DNA from: a virus
Lineage: Duplodnaviria; Caudoviricetes
Reading direction: 5' to 3' (one strand)
DNA length: 64,000 bases
Virus record (IMG/VR): IMGVR_UViG_3300031992_000016
Location: 1-64,000 of that record
Shown: piece after piece, positions 20,720 through 30,876 of the stretch
Numbering within the stretch: position 1 is the first letter of the stretch
How the letters are laid out: every line of letters starts with the position of its first letter
Notes under the pieces: generated by a model
Told to the model about the DNA's origin: nothing
Seen by the model: only the letters and a program-made list of their open reading frames with translations
Databases searched by the model: none
Translations under genes and position numbers: made by a program

Positions 20720-21109
20720 ATGACGAAGCGCGAAATGTTTGAGAAGGCTATTGCTATCCTGTCCAACGACAATGCCAATGACGAAGTTGTTGCTATGATG
20801 CAGCATGAGATTGAGATGCTCGATAAGCGTGCGGAGAGTGCGAAGGCTGGTTCCGAGAAGCGGAAGGCAAAGCGTGCGGAAACTTCTGACACCATCCGGA
20901 ACTCTGTGTATGATGCCGTAGCCAATGCGGGTGCGCCGGTTGATGTATTCGCGATTGTTGGTGCGATGGATAACGCTCTTACTAAGGGCCAGGTAGTTGC
21001 TTATCTGACTCAGCTGGTGCGGGATGGTCGTATCACTCGTGATGCCATCAAGTATAAGGATGCTGATGGTCATACCAAGAACGGCTCCGTATACTCTGTC
21101 GTAGCGTAA
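20720..21109 (+). CDS. Winged-helix protein related to family A
   Basis: HEIEMLDKR; LTKGQVVAYLTQLVRDGRI. Confidence 0.7.
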   Translation: MTKREMFEKAIAILSNDNANDEVVAMMQHEIEMLDKRAESAKAGSEKRKAKRAETSDTIRNSVYDAVANAGAPVDVFAIVGAMDNALTKGQVVAYLTQLVRDGRITRDAIKYKDADGHTKNGSVYSVVA

Positions 21110-21168
21110 TAAGAGTGTAAGCGATGGGGAGCGATGTGTTGTCGCTCCCCATTTTTAGGAGTGATTTA

Positions 21169-21987
21169 ATGAAATATATAATAAATAAACAATGTAGTAT
21201 GCCATATAAACGTAATGATAATTGCGGTGGGATTGAGTATTATTGGCGTGATTTAAAAGATGCGCTGGAAGATAATGTCAATCTCAATGGCGAAAAAAAT
21301 ATTTATTTAATGTTTCCATCTGATTATGATTTCTCAGATATAGATGAAATCTTAAACACAATGGAACGGTTGCCTAATTCTTGGTTTTTGCTGCCTTCAA
21401 TTGAAGCTATTAATGTTGTAGTAACTGCCGCAAAAGCAAAAGGCATTGAACCTCGGTGCGGTTTCCGTTATATGATTACAACTTGGAAATTGTTTTTGCG
21501 AGCACAGCAAGCTGGCGCCACATATTTCTTATTTGGTGAGCCCCTCACATTTATGATGCGCCGGCTACATGAAGTTAAAAAGGATAATTACATTTATTCT
21601 ATGATACCATGTGCGTGTGATGAATCTCATTATATCAAAGACATTTGTCAATTCTGGGTATTGCCGCAGCATATGTATCTTTATGAAGGCTTCATAGATT
21701 ATGCGGTAATTCCTTTTACGACGCTTAATCAAACTCAGACTGTAATTGATAGTTATTGGTCTGATAAAGATTATGTTTATCCTTTGTATTTGTTAATTTA
21801 TAATATGGAATCGAAATATAAATTGCCAGCTAATTGGTTCACAGATAAATTTGCAAAGCTGCGTTTGGATTGTGAGCAAGAGTGTATAGTTGGTAATCCA
21901 AGATGTCATTATTGCGAACGAGAGTGCCACTGGTGGGACTTTGTAAGGGAGAATAGAAATGACTTCAAAATGGTTAAAACTGTATAA
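21169..21987 (+). CDS. Hypothetical protein, possibly U32-peptidase-like, Cys-rich C-terminus
   Basis: FWVLPQHM.LYE and RLDCEQEC...CHYC. Confidence 0.55.
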   Translation: MKYIINKQCSMPYKRNDNCGGIEYYWRDLKDALEDNVNLNGEKNIYLMFPSDYDFSDIDEILNTMERLPNSWFLLPSIEAINVVVTAAKAKGIEPRCGFRYMITTWKLFLRAQQAGATYFLFGEPLTFMMRRLHEVKKDNYIYSMIPCACDESHYIKDICQFWVLPQHMYLYEGFIDYAVIPFTTLNQTQTVIDSYWSDKDYVYPLYLLIYNMESKYKLPANWFTDKFAKLRLDCEQECIVGNPRCHYCERECHWWDFVRENRNDFKMVKTV

Positions 21988-22993
21988 AAATCTTTGTGGC
22001 ATGAATCAAGTTCAAACTCGTCAATTTATGGCGCAGTTTCTACGACATCAAGATTACAAAAATGTCACATTGACAAATAACTATGTGTATGCGGAAGGTG
22101 ATATTCCTATCGCGCTAGTTGCACATAGTGACACTGTGTTTAAAACTTTGCCAAGAGAGATTTTTCATGACCAAGAGAAGAATGTCATTTGGAGCCCAGA
22201 AGGCATGGGCGCTGATGATAAAGCTGGTATTCTAATGATGATTGCGATTATTAAGAAGTATGATTTAAAACCGCATATCATTGTTACTGCTAACGAAGAA
22301 ATTGGATGTCTTGGTGCATCGAGCCTGGTAAAGAAAGTTCCGAATTGTCCGTTTGCTGAATGTAAGTATCTCATTCAGTTAGATCGTAGAGGAGCAGATG
22401 ACTGCGTATTTTATGATTTAGATGATATTGAGTTTGAAAAGTATATAGAGTCATTTGGTTTTAAAACTCAATGGGGTAGTTTTAGTGATATTTCTACTAT
22501 TGCTCCTGCTTGGGGTATTGGTGCGGTAAATCTCTCTGTTGGGTATGAGGATGAACATAGTTATCAAGAGCGGTTGTATGTAAATTGGTGGCAGGCCACG
22601 CTTGAAAAAGTTGTAAAGATGTTAAATGATGCTGGTAATACTTGCCAGTGGGGCTATACTGAACGAGCCTATTCTTATCATTATAGCGGCTATCCTTATG
22701 GTTGCAACGATTGGGAAGATACTTGTGATTGTTGCCATAACCCCACTCCTTATGCAGATATGCTGCCAGTATATACAAAAGATAATCCTACTTATGGTAT
22801 GGATATTTGTCCAGACTGCTTTGCAAAAATTTGTTTGGAAATGTCCTGGTGTAGCAAATGTAATAAAGGCTGGTATGGTTTTGGCCAACAGCCAAAAAAT
22901 TGGGTGTGCCCAACTTGCGCTGGAAAGGAAGTAAATACCAATGCAGCAACTAAACTCAATAAAAGACCTTCAAAAGATACATATAAGTTTTAA
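21959..22993 (+). CDS. M20/M28-family zinc peptidase with C-terminal Zn finger
   Basis: AHSDTV, GADDKAG, EEIG, QLDRRG, SDI, EHS. Confidence 0.85.
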   Translation: MTSKWLKLYKNLCGMNQVQTRQFMAQFLRHQDYKNVTLTNNYVYAEGDIPIALVAHSDTVFKTLPREIFHDQEKNVIWSPEGMGADDKAGILMMIAIIKKYDLKPHIIVTANEEIGCLGASSLVKKVPNCPFAECKYLIQLDRRGADDCVFYDLDDIEFEKYIESFGFKTQWGSFSDISTIAPAWGIGAVNLSVGYEDEHSYQERLYVNWWQATLEKVVKMLNDAGNTCQWGYTERAYSYHYSGYPYGCNDWEDTCDCCHNPTPYADMLPVYTKDNPTYGMDICPDCFAKICLEMSWCSKCNKGWYGFGQQPKNWVCPTCAGKEVNTNAATKLNKRPSKDTYKF

Positions 22994-24278
22994 TTACGTG
23001 TATGACTGGCTGTATGAACAGCGCCACGGCACTGTTCATACAGACCATCTATTTAATACTTGGGTCGAAGAAAAGAAACGTTTTTATAGCGCTTGGGGAG
23101 ATAAGTTAATCTGGGAATATCCTAAGCGCGTTAGTTTTGATTTGTCCGAGCGTGAGCGCGAACAGCGCTTGACTGAGTTTATTGGCCACGTATATGATGA
23201 TTTGTGCTGCGACCTTGGAAAATTTCTGGAAGATAATAAAAAAGGTATTCTGGAAAATAAAATGGTGTCTAATCAATTTATAGATATTAATGGTAGGCCG
23301 CACACATTCCCAGAGCATCTTAAATTAAGTCGTGCTATTCTACAAATGGCATCAAAAGAAAAACTGTGTGAGCCATCAGAAGCTGAATATGTGCGGTGCC
23401 GCATCGCGGAACTTATTCAAGAGACTAAGATTACAGGAAAACTTTGTTTTTCTGTGCATCCTCTTGATTATATTAGTATTAGCGAAAATCAGTCGAACTG
23501 GCGCAGCTGTCATGCTCTTGATGGTGAGTTCGCTAGTGGCAATTTATCATATATGCTAGATCCTTATACTGTTGTAGCATATCTTCGCAGTGATAAGCCT
23601 GAACGACTGCCGCGCTTCCCAGATGATGTGCCGTGGAATAATAAGAAATGGCGTATGCTGCTTTGTTTTGACAACATTCATCATATGGTATGGGCTAATC
23701 GACAGTATCCTTTTTATAGCAAGAGCGCATTAGATACAATTGGTGAAATTTTAAATGATCATATGCATGATTGGAAATTCTTCGATAAAAATTTTGATGT
23801 AGCAGATTTATTACATATACCGCGTTTTTGTTCAAATTCTTTTAAGAGTTTTAAAAAGAACACTGCTAATAGTGATACTTTTAATTTGAATGAAACATGG
23901 ATGTTTTGGAAAGGCGATATTTGTAAGGTAGAAGAGTTGGTTGGCAACGAATCAGGGAGTTTGAATTTTAATGATTTAATTGATTCAAGCACTTATGTAC
24001 CAGACTTTTTAAGTTATGATAGTTATACAGATTTAGATAAATTGCGGAAATATCCTAAGATGCTTTTAGGCGGGGTACCACATTGTATCTTCTGTGATAA
24101 CCAACCAATAGCATATACATCAATTCCGCTTTGTCCGGACTGCCTTCAAGAAAGTAAAATCGAGACGGAGTATATTACATATTGTTCATGTTGCGGAAAG
24201 AGGATTCTCTCAGAGGATGCACAATATGATTGCGGCGATCCATACTGCGATGATTGCTATGCGCGGTTATATAATTGA
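22941..24278 (+). CDS. Hypothetical protein with C-terminal Zn ribbons (paralog of 17951-19762)
   Basis: SVHPLDY..SENQSNWRSC, NNKKWR, RQYP. Confidence 0.8.
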   Translation: MQQLNSIKDLQKIHISFNYVYDWLYEQRHGTVHTDHLFNTWVEEKKRFYSAWGDKLIWEYPKRVSFDLSEREREQRLTEFIGHVYDDLCCDLGKFLEDNKKGILENKMVSNQFIDINGRPHTFPEHLKLSRAILQMASKEKLCEPSEAEYVRCRIAELIQETKITGKLCFSVHPLDYISISENQSNWRSCHALDGEFASGNLSYMLDPYTVVAYLRSDKPERLPRFPDDVPWNNKKWRMLLCFDNIHHMVWANRQYPFYSKSALDTIGEILNDHMHDWKFFDKNFDVADLLHIPRFCSNSFKSFKKNTANSDTFNLNETWMFWKGDICKVEELVGNESGSLNFNDLIDSSTYVPDFLSYDSYTDLDKLRKYPKMLLGGVPHCIFCDNQPIAYTSIPLCPDCLQESKIETEYITYCSCCGKRILSEDAQYDCGDPYCDDCYARLYN

Positions 24279-24334
24279 TTTTTTTAAAAATATATGATAT
24301 ACTATATATAGAAAATAAGAGGAGGATTTGAGCT

Positions 24335-24619
24335 ATGGCCAAGGGTTCTATTGCTAAGGGTAATCTTATTAAACGATTTGCGGACGCCGTGGGCGCCGAT
24401 TATGTAGGTGAGTATGATAAGAAATGGTATTTTTGGAGCACTGAGAATGGCGAGCGCGTTCAGGTTGCTGTCTCATTGACATGCCCAAAGACGCCGGTCG
24501 GTGAATCTAATGTTAATACTTTTGGTGGAGAGGAAGTAGCGCCAGCTGCTGCACCAGCAACAATGTCTGAAAGTGAGCAAGCGCAGTTGGATAAGCTCAT
24601 GGTCGAGTTAGGGCTATGA
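24335..24619 (+). CDS. Hypothetical protein
   Basis: Promoter, RBS GAGGAGG. Confidence 0.75.
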   Translation: MAKGSIAKGNLIKRFADAVGADYVGEYDKKWYFWSTENGERVQVAVSLTCPKTPVGESNVNTFGGEEVAPAAAPATMSESEQAQLDKLMVELGL

Positions 24620-24849
24620 TTATTCAAAGCGAAAAAGAATTTTTAGATTGGCTAAGTGGTGCTTCCACAGATGAATAGGATAAAGCAGTTTGTTAGTATT
24701 ATCAAGATGAAACACTTGTTTCTCTTGCTGATGCTATGTGGGATTTAAATCCTAATGATTTTTGGTGGTATTTAGATAATGGCGATATAAGAGTATTCAC
24801 AGTTGAACCTACTAAGGAGGAATTAGATTCGCCATGGCTGAGCCAATAA
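24616..24849 (+). CDS. Hypothetical protein with 2 TAG
   Basis: Overlaps the upstream stop (ATGA) and the downstream start; open only if TAG is sense. Confidence 0.7.
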
Positions 24850-25373
24850 GAGGAGAAATAAAAATTACTGTATCTGAGCCAGCAAGAAAACCATCTCCAT
24901 TAGAAGCAGGTGAGCCACAACCAGTATGGTTAGGCACAGAAGAAGATAAATTAGCTCCGCTTGATGAAGATAAATATTATAATACTTCTACAGTGTTAAT
25001 GCCAGATGGTTCGTATAGACATGTAAGTGTTGCTTATGAGAAATATTTACATGAAGATTTGGTATGGCAGATAAAATATACTGATTATAATGGTAGAAGC
25101 AAACGTTTTAAAGAACAACAAGAGAAGAGAAATATAGAAAATAAGTATTATAAGTTTTGTTTGGGCGAAGAAGGACAAAAGAAATTTGATGATTTTATAA
25201 AAAAATACAGAAATTATGAGAACAAGAGCGGTATGTATCCTCCTGGTGCATATTACGTGTTTATTATACATCCGACATATTTGGGCGATGTTGTGACATG
25301 TGAAGTGCGGCAGTCGGATAAATACGGCGACGAGACTATTATTGATAGTTGCGAAGTTTATAATGAAATATAA
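24834..25373 (+). CDS. Hypothetical protein
   Basis: RBS AAGGAGG. Confidence 0.7.
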   Translation: MAEPIRGEIKITVSEPARKPSPLEAGEPQPVWLGTEEDKLAPLDEDKYYNTSTVLMPDGSYRHVSVAYEKYLHEDLVWQIKYTDYNGRSKRFKEQQEKRNIENKYYKFCLGEEGQKKFDDFIKKYRNYENKSGMYPPGAYYVFIIHPTYLGDVVTCEVRQSDKYGDETIIDSCEVYNEI

Positions 25374-26079
25374 TCCTTATAGTTGAAAATTTAAAAAAAA
25401 TTTGATATAATATATATGTAAGATGAAGGGAGGAAGTAAATGATGGATTTTGAAAATGCTAAGCAACAGCTGATGGATTGGATTGGTGCGTCACCTTTCT
25501 CTTGGAAACTTGCGGTTTTAGCTGAGATAGAGCAAATTCAAACTTGGGATGAATTGCAGCGTATGGCTCGGCAGTGGGGTGTTACTTTTCAGTGATACCA
25601 AAGGCGGGTAAATAAATTGGGGCCAATATTCCGCCACCCCTGAATATATTTAATGGCAAAGGAGGCAAAAAGTATGGAAGCTTTGCAAAAGAATAAGATT
25701 ATATTCACCTATAAGAACAACGATAATGTCTATGCGCATGATATTAATCTGGAATTTTCTATCGGAGAACCTAAGTTAAGTGAAATTCATTCGATGTGCA
25801 AGGATTTTGCACGAGTAATGGGTTTCTCGTCTGAACAGGTTGAAGAGTATTTTGGAGAGGACGTGTGGGACATTGACTAAATTGTTGCGGCTGGACCTGG
25901 ATATAAATCAGTTGATGCAGAAGTTGCAGGATGGCGATTGCTCTGAATCTGAGCTGAATTTTCTTAAGAACCTGTATCATGATTTGGACGAACTCTTTAA
26001 AGACCTCAAAAACTTGAAAAATTAAAAAATTTTTGATATAATATATATGTAAGGTTGAGAGAGAAATCAATCAATCCTG

Positions 26080-26216
26080 GATGACAAGAGATTACCACCT
26101 ACGCTGTGCATAGTGTAGGATGGAGTGTGAAGTCGCCCACGGTAATGGGGTCTGGGTAAAGAAATGGAGCGCCAGATAGTAGGAGTTGATCGCCCTATAA
26201 GACTCACTAAGTCATC
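26080..26216 (+). ncRNA. Candidate structured RNA heading the tRNA array
   Basis: Closing stem GATGAC/GTCATC with inner stems ATTACC/GGTAAT, CCTAC/GTAGG, TCTGG/CCAGA; downstream of a promoter; no ORF. Confidence 0.5.
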
Positions 26217-26225
26217 TGCTTTAAT

Positions 26226-26301
26226 GCCGGTATAGCTCAGTAGGTAGAGCGTTTCCTTGGTAAGGAAAAGGTCCCCAGTTCAAATCTGGGTACCGGCTCC
26301 A
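26226..26301 (+). tRNA. tRNA-Thr(GGT)
   Basis: Cloverleaf, CCA. Confidence 0.95.
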
Positions 26302-26497
26302 TTACGCGCTGCTCGCGCCGTTTAAGAGGTGGCAAGGAACCCAGTCGCCAGAGCAAAACATGGGCAAGCCCCACGAAACTGAGGCCGTAGAGCCGAGCAC
26401 GTGAATCGCGATAAGTCGTGCGAAGGGAGTACTGGGATACAGGGCTGAGGTCACTCGCGAAGGTGGCGAAACCTTAACCATACGTGCGATTTTATAT

Positions 26498-26652
26498 GGG
26501 AAGTGATTGACACATCAGGGTAGTGTCCGCTGTGATAAATCACCGACTCCGGGCAAACAGGAGCTAATGCGTAAGGGCAATAGAGCATTTAATTGCACGC
26601 GCCGAAGTGGATCCGCACATCCACTGGGGTTCAAATCCCCCACTTTCCACCA
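26498..26652 (+). ncRNA. Mini tmRNA-like / Ala-acceptor tRNA mimic (155 nt)
   Basis: GGGAAGT/ACTTTCC acceptor with G3:U70, A73, CCA, T-loop TTCAAAT; interior is several hairpins, not D and anticodon arms. Confidence 0.65.
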
Positions 26653-26655
26653 TAT

Positions 26656-26731
26656 ACCCCTATAGCTCAACTGGCAGAGCATCTGACTCTTAATCAGAGG
26701 GTTCAGGGTTCAAGTCCCTGTGGGGGTACCA
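26656..26731 (+). tRNA. tRNA-Lys(CTT)
   Basis: Cloverleaf, CCA. Confidence 0.95.
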
Positions 26732-26811
26732 GTTCGCCTTTGGCGATGTATTCATCTGAACAAAAGCGATGATTAAACTGATGTGTGGTTGGCTGACCTC
26801 AAAGCTATTAT

Positions 26812-26887
26812 GCCGTTATGGCGCAATAGGTAGCGCGAGTCTTTCGTAAAGACTAGGTTCTGAGTTCAAGTCTCAGTAACGGCCCCA
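26812..26887 (+). tRNA. tRNA-Thr(CGT)
   Basis: Cloverleaf, CCA. Confidence 0.9.
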
Positions 26888-26891
26888 TTAT

Positions 26892-26967
26892 GCCGCGTTA
26901 GCTCAGTTGGGAGAGCATTTGCCTTACAAGCAAGGGGTCGGCGGTTCGAGCCCGTCACGCGGTACCA
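26892..26967 (+). tRNA. tRNA-Val(TAC)
   Basis: Cloverleaf, CCA. Confidence 0.95.
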
Positions 26968-26968
26968 T

Positions 26969-27042
26969 AGGCGATTGATGTAACGGTAACATACCGGACT
27001 CTGACTCCGTTGTTCAAGGTTCGAATCCTTGATCGCCTGCCA
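26969..27042 (+). tRNA. tRNA-Gln(CTG)
   Basis: Cloverleaf, G73, CCA. Confidence 0.9.
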
Positions 27043-27045
27043 TAT

Positions 27046-27122
27046 CGGAACTTAACTCAGTCGGTTAGAGTTCTGGTCTTATAAACCAGCGGTCCTGGGT
27101 TCGAGTCCCAGAGTTCCGACCA
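27046..27122 (+). tRNA. tRNA-Ile(TAT)
   Basis: Cloverleaf, loop CT-TAT-AA, CCA. Confidence 0.9.
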
Positions 27123-27148
27123 TACAAAATTCAATAGGAGATGATGTT

Positions 27149-27556
27149 GTGTATCAGAATGGTCAGCGTCTTAATAGACATGCGCGGAAGCGTCGGCACA
27201 TTGATAATTTGAAGCGTCGATCTACTCCTTATGAGTTTAGTAGCTATGAAAGTTTTGTTGAGTATGAACGTTATTGGGATGCATTCCGTGATGGTATGTT
27301 CGCGGCAATGTATGGTGATTATTATCCTCGTAGAACTCCTACTGGTCGTCCTTGGTATGAACGCTATTGGGAGGCTTATACAGGATATGTCTCTCCTGGT
27401 TGGAAAAAGAATCTGAAAACGCAGGCGCACCGCGATGAGCGGCGTTACTGGCGTGAGCACCTTGGCGATGTCATGAAAATGGAAGACATCGAAGATGAAG
27501 AAACTCCGCATGAGCGGCGTGGTCGTCGGCATAGTGACCCTTGGCACTGGGATTAA
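27149..27556 (+). CDS. Arg/Trp-rich hypothetical protein
   Basis: RBS AGGAG, GTG start. Confidence 0.7.
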   Translation: MYQNGQRLNRHARKRRHIDNLKRRSTPYEFSSYESFVEYERYWDAFRDGMFAAMYGDYYPRRTPTGRPWYERYWEAYTGYVSPGWKKNLKTQAHRDERRYWREHLGDVMKMEDIEDEETPHERRGRRHSDPWHWD

Positions 27557-28180
27557 CTTCCTTGAAAATTTACAAAAAATATTATATAATATATATGTAA
27601 GATAAAGAAAGGGGATGCGCTCAATGAAGTGGGATTGGTGTGATGAGTATAGCACTGGCGTTGATAATTATCATGGCCAGATGGATTCTTTCGTATGTGA
27701 TCTAACCGCAGAAGATATGTATGCGTATGATTATGCAATGCACGATACTTGGCAGGATGTTGAGCGTGAGTGGGCTGAGGAACTTGGCGTTGAGTTGGAA
27801 GTTTATGAAGATTAAATCCCTGACCGCGAACTTGAAAAATTAAAAAAAATTTGATATAATATATAAGTAAGGTTAAGAAAAAAAGTAAAAGAAAAAAATG
27901 CTGGAAAACCTCACAACCTTGACAAAATAAAAAAAATATGATATAATAATTAAGGAGAAGGAAAACTCCATAAACCCCACAAACTACGACAATGTGGTTA
28001 AAAAGTCGAAACTGGGTCCCGCGGCCAGGATAAAGACACGTGGGGTAGATTGGTGAGAACGTAGTGTAGGGGTTCGAATCCCCTTGCGGTGGCTCGAAGT
28101 AACAAGTTGGTCACTTGTGCTCGCCGCACGGATATAGGCGATACCGCGTTTGGCAAGATCACCGCTTGCATCACTTTTAT

Positions 28181-28256
28181 GACCTGTTCGTCTAGTGGTT
28201 TAGGACGCGGCCCTCTCAAGGCTGGGACATAGGTTCGAATCCTGTACAGGCCACCA
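28181..28256 (+). tRNA. tRNA-Glu(CTC)
   Basis: Cloverleaf, CCA. Confidence 0.9.
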
Positions 28257-28263
28257 CGTATAA

Positions 28264-28338
28264 TGCGGCGAGGGCAAACGGTAAGCCACCTGGCTCATAA
28301 CCAGAAGATAGTGGGTTCAACTCCCACCGCCGCTACCA
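28264..28338 (+). tRNA. tRNA-Met(CAT), unpaired 1:72 (initiator-like)
   Basis: Cloverleaf, T1:T72 mismatch, CCA. Confidence 0.85.
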
Positions 28339-29280
28339 GGACTGGCACTGTCCGAAATAAGTGCTGTGGGGAACGCCAGCGCACATCTGGTGAGGGTGAA
28401 AAGGTAGAAGGCATTGTCCGGGTTCGACTCCCGGCGGAGGAGGGTCGCGATGTCAGAAAACTCTGATGCACTTAGAGTCTAGCCCCGCTCAAAGGGAGGC
28501 CACCCGAGAGCGCATACTGAGCCCATAACAGATAAGAGAGTGGGCAGTAGTCACGCTACTATAAAAAGGTGTAAGTTCCGCCTATGGAAAAGTATCGTAG
28601 GAGTCGGCAAGCAGGGCCAAACTGCTACAAGCTTGGTAGTCAGGCAAGCTATTTACACTCAGCCAGAGATCTGGTGGCGTAAAGGCATCGTCGTAATTAG
28701 TATAAATGTTGCGTAGCAACCACGCAACCCGTCCGTGGGCAGAATAGATGGGGTAAATTGAGTGTAAAAACTGGATACATGACCCAGTATAAAAAGGTGT
28801 CGCGCTTATAAGCCGCAAGTTCGCAATAGCTTATACAGTTGCCCACTCTGTAAAAGGAGGCGCGCCGATAGACCGCAAGTGAAATAGTCTATTAAGGTGC
28901 CCAAATGCGGTAATTAGCGTGTAAGTTTTGAACAACTAAGACTGAGGAGCTCTGGGTCGCGCGCTATGAAGAATGGGTTAAATGGAGTTTGAGGAACAGC
29001 CAAGCGCAAACTGTATGGCTTTGTATGTGCCAGATTGCTCGGCGCTTAATAAAAGAAGAGCAAAGTAAGCTCCTAGTTGCTGATAAAGTGAGTATAGTAA
29101 GGTTCTCATACTAGGATTGACCGAATCCCGCAGGTGGGAAAGCACAACATCCCAGCCCGGTCAAGACAGGGTTAAGCCATCACGTGTGCCAGTGGATGCG
29201 GCGTACCGATAGGAAGTTCGGAGTAGGTCACTTTTGGAGATATTCAGAAATGCCGAATAGGCTATCCGGAAATTCTCCAC
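28339..29280 (+). ncRNA. Large ornate ncRNA candidate (GOLLD/ROOL-like setting)
   Basis: ~940 nt between tRNAs with no sense ORF; nested helices 28537-46/28840-49, 28652-61/28759-68, 28946-51/29068-73, 29117-23/29158-64. Confidence 0.7.
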
Positions 29281-29285
29281 TTTAT

Positions 29286-29360
29286 GCCCTGTTGGACAAT
29301 CGGTAAAGTCGGCGGCCCTTCAAGCCACAGTGCCGGGTTCAACTCCCGGACAGGGTACCA
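29286..29360 (+). tRNA. tRNA-Glu(TTC)
   Basis: Cloverleaf, CCA. Confidence 0.9.
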
Positions 29361-29408
29361 CCTTTCTTAATAGCTGGTGTTTCCTTTCGTAGTGGCACAT
29401 GCCACTAT

Positions 29409-29485
29409 CTGGGTGTAGCGCAGTTTGGTAGCGTACTTGATTTGGGATCAAGGGGTCGTGGGTTCAAATCCCACCACCCAGACCA
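29409..29485 (+). tRNA. tRNA-Pro(TGG)
   Basis: Cloverleaf, CCA. Confidence 0.95.
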
Positions 29486-29641
29486 TTGCCCTTAAATGGG
29501 ACGCCCTTTAAAGTTGTTTGCGGTAGTCGAATAACCTTCGCTATGGCGAAGTAAAATATCCATAGCATTATATGGAACTAAATCTATCCCGAGTTCCTGC
29601 GGTTCAAGGATAGGGTTTGCGGCAACCTTAGCGCCGCGCAT

Positions 29642-29713
29642 AGGTCGGTAGTGTAATTGGTAGCACGCTAATCTCCAAAATTAGTTGTTTAGGTTCAAGT
29701 CCTAACCTTCCTG
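29642..29713 (+). tRNA. tRNA-Trp(CCA), degenerate copy
   Basis: Cloverleaf with two acceptor-stem mismatches and no encoded CCA end. Confidence 0.7.
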
Positions 29714-29718
29714 CTTAT

Positions 29719-29795
29719 GGTGCCATAGTTCAGCTGGTCAGAACGCCTGCCTGTCACGCAGGAGGTCGCGGGTTCGAACCCCGCTGGCATCGCCA
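29719..29795 (+). tRNA. tRNA-Asp(GTC)
   Basis: Cloverleaf, CCA. Confidence 0.95.
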
Positions 29796-29954
29796 TTAAA
29801 TGTCGGTAGGCAAGTATTAAAAGCCGAGAAGAGAATAAAGCCTATGTGATAGAACACTTTGAGGTCCAACTCAACAGGGTGTAGTAGTCCCAATTAAGAA
29901 GGATGTGCAATCTATCGAGGATGCGCGTGATTGTAACTGCACGCCCGACAATAT

Positions 29955-30030
29955 GCCCGGTTAGCTCAGTCGGTAGAGCAGCTGGCTGTTAACCAGCGTG
30001 TCGGGGGTTCAAGTCCCTCACCGGGCGCCA
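29955..30030 (+). tRNA. tRNA-Asn(GTT)
   Basis: Cloverleaf, CCA. Confidence 0.95.
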
Positions 30031-30120
30031 CCTTTCCTGAGCAAATGCGGAGATTAAACCGATGTGCGGTTAGCTGACCTTAAAGCTAATTCTTGCAAGA
30101 GTTAAAGGAGAGAAATAACA

Positions 30121-30660
30121 ATGGCTGATGCTAGATTGAAGATTTTGCCGCCTTGGACAATTGTTATCCGTAAGTTTGAAGCATTGTTCGATGGTGATCC
30201 GTAGATTGCATGTAACTGTAACTTCGGCGGTTCTGCTCCATCAATTGTATTTGCTTGCAATAACGGTGATAAGGTAGCTGCATTGCAGAAAATTCTTCCT
30301 GAGGAAATTAACTTTGGCAATGTCAAGCTCAAAGTAAAGGTTGATGGTATTCCTTCTAATCGTGCCTTCACCAGTAAGGTTGAACTATTTGATACTGCTT
30401 TCAAGGGCAATCCTGCTTATGCTTATTCTGTTTGCCCTGCTGAGGAAGGTTATCAGTGGATTGGAACAACTTATGTTGTATTCAATAACTGCGTAGTACA
30501 GTTCCCGGCTGACAATTTGAATGACTGTCATGGTATTATCAGTACTCTTTATGAGACTATTGCTGATGAACTTCTAACTGGTCCTGCTGTTCAAGGTGTA
30601 TTCTTTAATACAAACGTTGAACGCGCTAACCTCGGTAAGCCGCTGGGTGAGTGGCCGTGA
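30121..30660 (+). CDS. Hypothetical phage protein with 1 TAG
   Basis: RBS AAGGAG; LPPW...LFDGDP[TAG]IAC continues in frame into ORF 30283. Confidence 0.8.
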
Positions 30661-30876
30661 TAGTTGAATTAACAAATCATTGGGTTGAAATGAGCGGCCA
30701 ATATGAAATTGAAGGAGTAGAAGATCATAATGATTATTTCCGCTTCTACTTCGGCAATGGTAAGTGGTCAAGAGAGTATAATACATCAATGTACTCTTAT
30801 AGGATTATACAAAAATGAATTGCGGTAATTACTCTTCGGAGATTACCTTTATAGGGTGGATGCGTCTGCCCTGTAT

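Noticed and set aside
26498-26652. Canonical tmRNA (ssrA)
   Set aside because: Too short, with no recognisable pseudoknots or tag frame; kept only as tmRNA-like
28339-29280. Group I/II intron, rRNA or RNase P RNA
   Set aside because: Flanking tRNAs are complete, and I could not find the group I core, group II domain V or RNase P P4 signatures by eye
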